A stretch of DNA of 64,000 nt from a virus: the IMG/VR virus record IMGVR_UViG_3300045988_133735. One strand, given 5' to 3'. Of this stretch, positions 27,794-35,597 are shown piece by piece. The notes beneath the pieces are model-generated. The model was not told the origin of the DNA, searched no databases, and saw only the letters and a program-made list of their open reading frames with translations. The translations under genes were made by a program, and so were the position numbers. Within the stretch, counting starts at the first letter, position 1. Every line of letters begins with the position of its first letter.

Positions 27794-28066
27794 ATGTTTG
27801 TCTTGACTGAAATTGTGGCCAATAATGTTTCTGCATACGTTGGCAATATCCATGTATCAAACAATGTGGAAGAGCTTCAGAAAATTATGAATGCCGATTT
27901 TGACCACGATTTGAAAGAAGCAAATGATCTTTGGATGGATTGCGGATCTAATCTCAATGATAAGCCGCTGTCTATTTGTCACACATATTCTGCAAGAATC
28001 AAAACGTTAAAAGAATTCAAAAGCTGGTCGATTATGAAAGTGCCAGGGGAGGCGGCGCAGCCGTGA
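27794..28066 (+). CDS. hypothetical protein
   Basis: 90 aa with a TAGGAG RBS. Confidence 0.5.
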   Translation: MFVLTEIVANNVSAYVGNIHVSNNVEELQKIMNADFDHDLKEANDLWMDCGSNLNDKPLSICHTYSARIKTLKEFKSWSIMKVPGEAAQP

Positions 28067-28350
28067 GAAACTTATCTAAACAGAACCGCAAAAAGATCTT
28101 TGATCTGATCAAACGTGATTGTACATTTGTTGGTTCTTACGATTTGGAACATTCTGAAGAAACTGTTTTGACCTATCTCCCGAAACCCGGCACACAGATT
28201 CACAAAGATGTTGAGGAAGTTCGTGTCGTAAAAAATCGTAAGACCGGGAACTGGGTTGAATCCGTTGTTGACATTCGGTGGAAGCACGGCATGACTTTGG
28301 TGGAAGCCGAAATGATCGAGCGAAAATATCAATGCAAGTCTAACAAGTAA
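28063..28350 (+). CDS. hypothetical protein
   Basis: GTG start overlapping the upstream stop (GTGA), after GGGAGG. Confidence 0.45.
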   Translation: MRNLSKQNRKKIFDLIKRDCTFVGSYDLEHSEETVLTYLPKPGTQIHKDVEEVRVVKNRKTGNWVESVVDIRWKHGMTLVEAEMIERKYQCKSNK

Positions 28351-28364
28351 GGAGGGACGCAGTT

Positions 28365-28733
28365 GTGACACTCGAACAGGCATGCGGCATCGTTTGCAAT
28401 ACTGTTGATAAGCGAACGGGCAGAGAACTCGATCATCGTGAAATTTATGCTCGTTATATCGACTATCTGGGTGGTCTGGATAAGGTCAAACAGTACATTC
28501 CTATTTCACTGAAAGAGCTGCGGCGAGCCTACAAGAAGGACAAGCTGTTCAATAATACTGGTCTGGGTTTGTGGCAGAATGCAGCTGGTTATACTGCTGG
28601 CGACCCGGTATGTTTCTTTGGCGGGATTTGGATGCTGTATAAACAAAACGATATCGATGTGGCGAGTTGTGCACAGGGCGTCTGCATCCTGAAAGAAGCG
28701 GCGAGAATGTTGATTGAAAGGGGTGAAGTATAA
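28365..28733 (+). CDS. hypothetical protein
   Basis: 122 aa with a GTG start after AAGGAGGG. Confidence 0.5.
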   Translation: MTLEQACGIVCNTVDKRTGRELDHREIYARYIDYLGGLDKVKQYIPISLKELRRAYKKDKLFNNTGLGLWQNAAGYTAGDPVCFFGGIWMLYKQNDIDVASCAQGVCILKEAARMLIERGEV

Positions 28734-29011
28734 TGAAATCAATCGAAGTTACATATGACGTCGCTAAGTGGAATAGCGAAACAGGTCGCTGGGAAGACGG
28801 CGAGGCGGGTGCTCGACTGGACTTCCTCGATGACTATATCGTTGGTGAACTTCAAGCAACCCTGAGTGCAAAAGCAAAACAGAGGTACAAGCCAACTAGC
28901 TGGCATACGCTTCTCGATTTCCTGTCAAAGTTGGAAGAGCTTCGTGGGCGGAGTTTTTCGCCGGGCTCAATCAAAACGATCGAAGTGATTCCTGAAGGAG
29001 GTGACAACTGA
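28733..29011 (+). CDS. hypothetical protein
   Basis: 92 aa with TAATG coupling. Confidence 0.5.
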   Translation: MKSIEVTYDVAKWNSETGRWEDGEAGARLDFLDDYIVGELQATLSAKAKQRYKPTSWHTLLDFLSKLEELRGRSFSPGSIKTIEVIPEGGDN

Positions 29012-29427
29012 TGAAAGTATCAATTGAAGAGAAGCGCGCCGAAGCCATCAAGCGGATGAAAGCGTTTGGATTCTTTCATGAAGCAATCGAACTGTTCGAG
29101 GCAGACGGTACGCCGCTTTCCAGTGAGCCGCCTTGGGGTGCATTTTACGCTCTGGACGATAAACAGAAAGCAGCTGTCCACGAATTTGAAGAAGAGTACG
29201 GCGGACTTGTTTACAGTGTGATCCGGTCATTCCATCAAGAGCTTGGCATCATTGATAACTTGCTTTATGTCAGTGATGAAAAAGATGAATGGCCGATGGA
29301 TTTGGACGACATTGAAAATATGTGTCCTTGTGTCTATGCTGTCAATTACAATACGCCAGAATTTTCCGAGTTTGGTTCAATCGGCGTGAAAATGGGTGCT
29401 GGAGCAGGGCTGATTCGCATTAGTTAA
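29011..29427 (+). CDS. hypothetical protein
   Basis: 138 aa with a GGAGGTG RBS and ATGA-type coupling. Confidence 0.55.
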   Translation: MKVSIEEKRAEAIKRMKAFGFFHEAIELFEADGTPLSSEPPWGAFYALDDKQKAAVHEFEEEYGGLVYSVIRSFHQELGIIDNLLYVSDEKDEWPMDLDDIENMCPCVYAVNYNTPEFSEFGSIGVKMGAGAGLIRIS

Positions 29428-29495
29428 ACTTCTTTAAGTGTTACTTAATTCACCCCATACAGTTGTAAAATCTTCAAAAACCTGCGCTAACTCAC

Positions 29496-29524
29496 TTGAC
29501 TATAACATCATACCGTTGTATAAT
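29496..29524 (+). promoter_or_regulatory. sigma-A/sigma-70 type promoter (TTGACT-17 nt-TATAAT with TG extension)
   Basis: TTGACT at 29496-29501, a 17-nt spacer ending in ..TTG, and TATAAT at 29519-29524. Confidence 0.65.
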
Positions 29525-29723
29525 AGAAGCTGAAGAGCTATATATTTTGATCAGTTTGGGCGAATTGGTCAATATGCAACGAAATGTATATTTATTCAAA
29601 TGTTCAATCATTCAATTCACAATTCAAAAAAATCAGAAACGAAATAGCGAATGGGTTTGGGCGAAGTCCAATCGCGAAGCGCCTCTGATTTGAAGCCGTG
29701 GCGAGCGATGAGCGAGTGGCGGC

Positions 29724-29910
29724 GAAAAAAATTTAGAAAAAGAATAGGATGTTTGATGTAGTGATGATGATGTGATAGTGATGGTTGTGTAGTAAGAGGA
29801 TTATAGGAGTTAAAAGGATTGTTAAGGGAAAAAGAACCATCAGGGAGAACGGAGAGAAGGAAGCGAAAGCGAAGAAGCAGCGGAGAAGAAAGCAGGGAAG
29901 GAGAAAACCT
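29724..29910 (+). other. C-free, polypurine, GGA-rich leader segment
   Basis: There is no C from 29724 to 29836 (113 nt) and no T from 29841 to 29909. Eleven GGA motifs occur in about 170 nt. It lies between the strong promoter and the ATG at 29913. Confidence 0.7.
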
Positions 29911-29912
29911 TT

Positions 29913-30260
29913 ATGACTAGTTTTGAGTGCGGCCAGTACAAATTCACCCTCGATAAGTTCGTTGAGCTGGTTCAGCAGTACGATCAGTTCTCGATTCGGA
30001 GCGGTGATGATTCGTCGTTCGCCATGATTCGAGTTCCGACCAAGTGGGTTAAGATCGAGAAGGGCGCGGCTGGTGAGGACTTTATCACTTGTCGTAACAA
30101 GCGTAAGCGAGATGGTCATCTGTTCGAGATCAACGGCGACAAGGTGACTTACGAGATCAAAAGTACTGTTGGAGGTTTGGAGGGGTATCTTAAGTCGGAC
30201 CTCGGCGAAGCCGCGTTCTACGTTTCGATGTGGTCGGATAGCGGCGACACAGACAAATAA
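29913..30260 (+). CDS. hypothetical protein
   Basis: 115 aa with an AAGGAGA RBS. Confidence 0.55.
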   Translation: MTSFECGQYKFTLDKFVELVQQYDQFSIRSGDDSSFAMIRVPTKWVKIEKGAAGEDFITCRNKRKRDGHLFEINGDKVTYEIKSTVGGLEGYLKSDLGEAAFYVSMWSDSGDTDK

Positions 30261-30284
30261 TAACGAAAGAAGGAACGATAAATC

Positions 30285-30629
30285 GTGGAAGAAATCATAA
30301 TGAAAGCCATTCCTGAGCACGGCGGCGTGTCGATGACTCGAGCCGAACAGGAAACCATTATCACGATCGGGGCGCTGGACAAGATTGCCGAGGTATGTTC
30401 TAACGATCCAATCTATTGGCGCAAGCTCGATGCTATGTGTGAAAAGTCTCCCGATGACTATAAGCTGACGAAGATTCATCGCACCAAGGACGGTTTGATT
30501 CTGTGCAAGTGGTACACAGTGCCGCGCAAACTGCTTGGGTTCAGATCTTCACGTGTCTATACGGAAGAGCAGCGGGCACAGATTGCAGAACGATTCAAAC
30601 AGTATCGAGAAGCGAAGGTCGAGCTTTGA
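30285..30629 (+). CDS. hypothetical protein
   Basis: 114 aa with a GTG start. An alternative ATG exists at 30300. Confidence 0.5.
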   Translation: MEEIIMKAIPEHGGVSMTRAEQETIITIGALDKIAEVCSNDPIYWRKLDAMCEKSPDDYKLTKIHRTKDGLILCKWYTVPRKLLGFRSSRVYTEEQRAQIAERFKQYREAKVEL

Positions 30630-30862
30630 TCGCTTCCAGAATCAATTCTTAGCCTGAAACGTCCTTATACGATAAGGGTTTCTCAGACATATAGTGATTC
30701 TGTAATGAAACTGCTATATCAGCACCAAATATGTGTCTACACCCCTTATTGCATAAGGGGGAAATGGCATAATATGAAACGAGGTGATATCGTGAAGGCA
30801 TTCGATAACACATCTTAGGCGAATACACTCGTGGCAATCACCGCAAGACAGTTATCGTAAAA

Positions 30863-31186
30863 CATCGAGATGAATACGTATTTCAGTTACGGCTGCCGGT
30901 TGACCGACAGTTACGCAAAGGTAGGATGAGGTATCCCGGGGCGGAGGGGCCTGCTTTCAGCCTCTGAACGAGTCGACGGAGTCAGACCCAGAACCACTGA
31001 ACGCCGAGCAAGGCGATTTGGTTGCAAAACGCCCGAAACTCAACAAAGTAGCTCATCAAAGTTCGACAGAAGCTCATCAATTGAACTCAATCAACGCGAG
31101 TTGAACGGGTACTGATCAACTTCGGGACCTTTTTAAGATCAATCTTGAGAGCTTAAAAGAGCAACAACATCATTTAGATCTCGATG
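30863..31186 (+). ncRNA. retron-like structured element X1 (orphan paralogue of the element upstream of the RT)
   Basis: Closed by the 9-nt inverted repeat CATCGAGAT (30863-30871) / ATCTCGATG (31178-31186). Contains GAATAC, the 18-nt hairpin CTGCCGGTTGACCGACAG (30893-30910), and CATTTAGA before the right repeat. Confidence 0.4.
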
Positions 31187-31334
31187 AATAATAATGCATA
31201 AATATGCAGAAAGGACGAATAATATACAATGATTTATGCATAGCTAATTGAGGCGCTGCCTAACGCCTATTATAAATAAGGTAGTCGACAAAAATGACAC
31301 AAAAAATATATTTAAGTTCTGTTTATAATGACAA

Positions 31335-31363
31335 TTGACGACACAGAGAAAATGTGTTATCAT
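31335..31363 (+). promoter_or_regulatory. sigma-A type promoter (TTGACG-17 nt-TATCAT with TGT extension)
   Basis: TTGACG at 31335-31340 and TGTTATCAT ending at 31363. It lies 45 nt upstream of the GTG start at 31409. Confidence 0.55.
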
Positions 31364-31408
31364 CATTTCACAAACAGGACTTAAATATACATAAGGGAGG
31401 AAAAACAA

Positions 31409-32908
31409 GTGAATGAGAACGAAAACGTAGCGATGCAGCTGGCGACCACAAGGAAGTTCGGCGAGCTTGAGATTCAGGTCTACGAGAATCCGGCGGTCGG
31501 TCACAGCAGGGTACAGGATGATTTCTGGATGACACGGGAGCAGATTGGCACTGCATTGGAATACGATAAGCCGAATGAACGTATCGGCAAGATTCATCAA
31601 CGTAACGCAGATCGTCTTGACCCACTTTCAACTTTGGTCAAAATGACCAAGGTTGAAGGCAATAGAACGGTAAAACGTGAAATTATTTGTTACAATCTGC
31701 GTGGTGTTATGGAGATCTGCCGCTACAGCACCCAGCCTAAAGCGAACGCCTTCATTGATTTCTGCTGGGATGTGATGGTCGCTCTGATGCAGGGCGAAAC
31801 CGTATCTCTGGACAGAGGGAAGATGAGTGATGTAGAGTTGCGGCGACAGGCACGCTTTGATGTTATGACTCAAGGCATTGAAGAACTTCGCCAGTCTCAG
31901 ATTCAGCTTTGTTCTCAGATGGCCGAGATGGAAGAAAAGCGCCGGCAGGACAGGGAAGCTCTTGAGAATTTGATCCATTTCACAAAAGCAGACCTTGAGA
32001 AGGCAGAACGCATTGTGAGCAAGAACGACATCATTATCTCCACAATTGAACAGATCAAGAAGCAGCTGGCAACGACTATCCAGCAGCCAACTTATCAGAA
32101 TGGTTCTTATACTCCGCGTAAGACTTACATTCAGCCAGCAGAAACTTCGTGGAAACATGACGTTAAGGAGATGGTGAGAAAAATCTCCCACATTGAGGGT
32201 GTGCCCCAAAAAGACATCTTTAACGGCATGTACAAAACCTTCGAGAAAGAGTTCGGATGGTCGGTATACGAAGAACGAAAGCTCTACGCGAAGAAAAAGG
32301 ATATTTCGGATATTTATTCGATCCCGCTCATTGATATTGTGGAGATGGCCAACGATAACATTCGGTCAAGTTTCTATTGCCGACTCAAGGATCGCTATGA
32401 GAACGATCTTTTTGATCCCGAGGAAGCAAAGAGGCAGCCGCATGTGAGCAAGCGAAATCCGCCGATGATCCCTGCCAGCATGATTCCTACACGGCATAAG
32501 TTTGAAGATTTTCCGAGTGTGTTGTCTCCTGAAAATCCGGGCGGCAATGATATCAAGGTTGTAGCAGAGGTTCAGGCAGTTGAAGTTGAAGCTCCAACGG
32601 TTGAAACGCCGGTGGCTGAAGCTCTGGTGGTCAAAGAACCGAAAAAGAAATATTACTACAAGCCGAGCATTACACTTCCGATCGTTGAACCCATTGCAAA
32701 AAAGCTGGGTGATAAGACGATTGGGTATTGGGTTACCTATGCAAAGATCTATGACACGATCGGCGTTGTCAAGATGGATCGTATGCGCAAGGCGTATGTA
32801 CGTTCTCATAATAAGCCGCCCAAGGCTACTCCTGATATTTTCCAACATTCTGATAAGAATATGAAAGTGTTTAAGGAAGCCGCAAAGATTGTGGCGGCAG
32901 CTATCTAA
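31409..32908 (+). CDS. Bro-N domain protein / antirepressor-like
   Basis: 499 aa. The N-terminus FGELEIQVYENP...DDFWMTREQIGTALEY...NLRGVMEICRYSTQPKANAF resembles Bro-N. Confidence 0.55.
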   Translation: MNENENVAMQLATTRKFGELEIQVYENPAVGHSRVQDDFWMTREQIGTALEYDKPNERIGKIHQRNADRLDPLSTLVKMTKVEGNRTVKREIICYNLRGVMEICRYSTQPKANAFIDFCWDVMVALMQGETVSLDRGKMSDVELRRQARFDVMTQGIEELRQSQIQLCSQMAEMEEKRRQDREALENLIHFTKADLEKAERIVSKNDIIISTIEQIKKQLATTIQQPTYQNGSYTPRKTYIQPAETSWKHDVKEMVRKISHIEGVPQKDIFNGMYKTFEKEFGWSVYEERKLYAKKKDISDIYSIPLIDIVEMANDNIRSSFYCRLKDRYENDLFDPEEAKRQPHVSKRNPPMIPASMIPTRHKFEDFPSVLSPENPGGNDIKVVAEVQAVEVEAPTVETPVAEALVVKEPKKKYYYKPSITLPIVEPIAKKLGDKTIGYWVTYAKIYDTIGVVKMDRMRKAYVRSHNKPPKATPDIFQHSDKNMKVFKEAAKIVAAAI

Positions 32909-32966
32909 GCTATCTACTTTCCTCCATTGTCCTTGGGACTGACAGCCGGGAAAGACCGGCATATAT

Positions 32967-33044
32967 CCGGGTGTAGCGAAGCTGGTATCGCGCCAAATTT
33001 GGGATTTGGAGATTTCGCCCGTTCAAGTCGGGTCACTCGGACCA
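32967..33044 (+). tRNA. tRNA-Pro (TGG)
   Basis: CCGGGTG TA GCGA-AGCTGGTA-TCGC G CCAAA-TTTGGGA-TTTGG (7-nt variable) GCCCG-TTCAAGT-CGGGT CACTCGG A CCA. G37 is present. Confidence 0.7.
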
Positions 33045-33157
33045 TGGTGCAGGGTCTTTCCTTTCTACCTGTGCCTATTGTGTGTATAAAACGGTTTCCA
33101 TTAGACGAAACCGCGTGGCTGAAAATGCCGAGCAGGTACGATAATCCTGCCTTATAT

Positions 33158-33544
33158 GGGCCCGAAAGGTTTTCGACAGGGCTATGAAAATTCACAATTC
33201 GCAGGTCGGCCATCACCTTACGAGGCAAAAAACAATAAACGCTAACTACAATAGTTATCGCTGCGCGGCTTGATGCCGTGCCCAAAACAGCATCCTGATA
33301 GGCAGGTAAATGTTTGATGGTTCAAAGAATAAATCCCGGAACCCGATGTAAACGGTAATAAACACCGGCGTTCTCGGACGCTAAAACCGAGTGGTGGAGT
33401 GATGTAACAAACCGTTACGTCCCTGGGTTTGCTGTGTTGGCGGCATGAATTCCTTTCAAAAATTCTAAATGCTAACTATTGCGTAAGAAGATTGTGTACG
33501 AGTAATAGTTCTGGACGTGGGTTCGAATCCCACCGGGTCCACCA
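33158..33544 (+). ncRNA. ssrA: tmRNA
   Basis: The 5' end is GGGCCCGAAAGGTTTTCGACAGGG. The 3' end is GGACGTGGGTTCGAATCCCACCGGGTCCACCA. The acceptor has a G3-U70 pair. The internal tag frame is ..AAA ACA ATA AAC GCT AAC TAC AAT AGT TAT CGC TGC GCG GCT TGA (33229-33273). Confidence 0.85.
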
Positions 33545-33907
33545 GTGGCGCAAGCCGCAAAGCTAGGTTCGATGCGACAGCGTAGTGTAGTGCGAGGTCG
33601 CTGGGGTGGCGCAATTCCACCGTGGATGCAATGCATTCATAACGCTTTGACCGAAATTGTGCGAACAGACTGCGACGGGGTAGCTCCTCGTGGAGTGAGG
33701 GTCTGGTGACAACATGAGTAGGCGATAGGATGACCTGCGAAAGTGGTCTAGTCAGTTTGGTGCCCGGACTGGCGGAGAGTGGATTTAAAAGGGCAGCCTT
33801 TGAGGATGGACTCTGGGGAAGACAAAATGTACCTAGTTGTATCTGCTGACGCGGTTAAGTCGCATTGCACATCGCCGATGCTGTTACATGGTTAAATCCT
33901 CCTCTCT

Positions 33908-33983
33908 GTGGCGTTAGTTCAGTTGGCAGAACACTTGGCTCATAACCGAGTAGTCGTGGGTTCAAAGCCCTCACGCCGCACCA
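33908..33983 (+). tRNA. tRNA-Met or tRNA-Ile2 (CAT), elongator type
   Basis: GTGGCGT TA GTTC-AGTTGGCA-GAAC A CTTGG-CTCATAA-CCGAG TAGTC GTGGG-TTCAAAG-CCCTC ACGCCGC A CCA. Confidence 0.8.
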
Positions 33984-34026
33984 TTTCGTGTACGAATATC
34001 AACAAATCAAAAAGAGGTAAATCAAA

Positions 34027-34290
34027 ATGGCTGAGAATGCAGCTAAAAATACCGAAAGATATCAATCCTATAAACTTCAATGGATGTTGGATCATGGACA
34101 CACATTAGAGGAAATTTTTAGAGAACTCTACATGATTCAAAAGGAATACTTGGAAGACGGAGAGTCATGCCCAAGCATTTGGACGTTGTTGGATCGATGG
34201 GAAAAGGATATTGGGTTTGGTGGAGAATGTTGGGCTTGCTTTGATGAATGGCTGGAGAATGAAGGTAGAGAGGTAAATCAAAATGGCTGA
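34027..34290 (+). CDS. hypothetical protein
   Basis: 87 aa. Its RBS and start are identical over 22 nt to those of the next gene. Confidence 0.5.
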   Translation: MAENAAKNTERYQSYKLQWMLDHGHTLEEIFRELYMIQKEYLEDGESCPSIWTLLDRWEKDIGFGGECWACFDEWLENEGREVNQNG

Positions 34291-34954
34291 CAAGTATCTC
34301 AGTATCATTACAAACTTCGGCTGCCACTATAGCTGCCCTGAGTGTATTGTCCGCAATAACAAGCTCAAGATGACACCGACAGACGAGTATTCTTCTTATA
34401 TGCAGTTAGAGCATGTTCTGAAGAACGAATGTAATGACTGTAATTGGGTATCTGTGTCTGGCGGCGGTGATCCACTTTATCACTGGTGGGAACATCAGGC
34501 GTGGTGGACAGGATTCTTTTCGGTGTGTAAAGAACTTGGTCGCAAGATTGAGTTGCATACGAGCTATTATGATTTTGATCATGATGATGGAATTTTAATG
34601 TTTCCATTCGAACAGTTTGATAGAGTTGTGTATCATTTGCATTGTGCAGAGGAGCTTTATAAGATTTGTCGCCGGGGTAAAGAAATCGTTCGAGTGGTAT
34701 TCGTTGTGGACGATTCTATGGACGAATACGAAGTTAGCAGGATTTCAGCTATTGTTCAAGAAAGCGACGATATCGACGAGCTTACATTCCGGCAACGCGT
34801 GGATGCAAACTATAAGCCGACCTATCATTTGCGCGGTCTCCTGCTGGCGGGGCATAAAAAGGCTTGGTGGTATGTGACACAGTGCGATTACAATACTTAC
34901 TTCCACAACGGTAAACTGTACACGAAGTACACGGATATCTTTGAGAAGGAGTAA
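34283..34954 (+). CDS. radical SAM enzyme (minimal, 223 aa)
   Basis: CxxxCxxC cluster motif FGCHYSCPEC near the N-terminus, and a SAM-binding GGE-like motif VSGGGDPL. Confidence 0.65.
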   Translation: MADKYLSIITNFGCHYSCPECIVRNNKLKMTPTDEYSSYMQLEHVLKNECNDCNWVSVSGGGDPLYHWWEHQAWWTGFFSVCKELGRKIELHTSYYDFDHDDGILMFPFEQFDRVVYHLHCAEELYKICRRGKEIVRVVFVVDDSMDEYEVSRISAIVQESDDIDELTFRQRVDANYKPTYHLRGLLLAGHKKAWWYVTQCDYNTYFHNGKLYTKYTDIFEKE

Positions 34955-34959
34955 TTCAG

Positions 34960-35268
34960 ATGTACATTGTCGTAAGCGATTATACCAACGAAAAAGTTGA
35001 CATCTACAAATCAGTAAGTTTCGATAAAGCATTTCAGGCGAGAAGCGATGCGATTGATTTTGCTGCCCGTAGCTATCAGAGCTTCTTTGACAATATGCCC
35101 AGCGATGAAGCTGCACGGTATGAAAACGCAACGCGAATTAACACTGACTCTTATGCGGATTTCTGTGGGTGTGCTTTGTGTCCGTATCCCGAGTATGCTA
35201 TCGGAGCTGCGGTTGATAATGGTGAAGATAATCACATGTACTACATGGTATTTAAGGTGGAGGAGTGA
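34960..35268 (+). CDS. hypothetical protein
   Basis: 102 aa with an AAGGAG RBS. Confidence 0.5.
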   Translation: MYIVVSDYTNEKVDIYKSVSFDKAFQARSDAIDFAARSYQSFFDNMPSDEAARYENATRINTDSYADFCGCALCPYPEYAIGAAVDNGEDNHMYYMVFKVEE

Positions 35269-35360
35269 TTTCATGAAGCGATACCTTGTAAGCGTTTGGA
35301 TACGACAGTCTTATTCCATTTGTGGCAAAAAGCTGAGACCGGATTCTGAGGTAGTAAGTT

Positions 35361-35585
35361 ATGAAAAAACATAAAGATTTATTGCTGGCAGCCTGCGCAT
35401 CGGCTGTTTCGTTTTTGAGTCTCGATGATGTTTTTGAGAAACTTCTACGGCACATCTCGCTTGTTCAAATGGCAACAGGAAACATAAGTTCTCTTTACGG
35501 ACGTGTCAGCGAGTTGGCTCTTTCGGTATCTGTGGCTCTGTCGCTTGCGATTGGAGCTGTGGTATATATTTTATTCAAAAATTAA
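35361..35585 (+). CDS. small membrane protein
   Basis: 74 aa with N- and C-terminal hydrophobic segments. Lies upstream of the SPFH gene (an NfeD-like role is speculation). Confidence 0.45.
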   Translation: MKKHKDLLLAACASAVSFLSLDDVFEKLLRHISLVQMATGNISSLYGRVSELALSVSVALSLAIGAVVYILFKN

Positions 35586-35597
35586 AAGGAGGAACGA

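Noticed and set aside
29733-30479. 248-aa reverse ORF
   Set aside because: It is an artefact of the C-free/polypurine forward strand (no stop codons arise in the pyrimidine-rich antisense frame). It overlaps the well-supported forward genes 29913-30260 and 30285-30629.
30893-30910. The X hairpin as a hammerhead or other small self-cleaving ribozyme
   Set aside because: CCGGATGACC only superficially resembles CUGAUGA. There is no matching GAAA core or three-stem junction around any of the three copies.
32909-32966. Rho-independent terminator after the Bro-N gene (GCCGG-GAAAGA-CCGGC)
   Set aside because: The hairpin is followed by ATATAT and then directly by tRNA-Pro, with no U-tract. It is more likely a processing or spacer hairpin, so it is not listed as a terminator.
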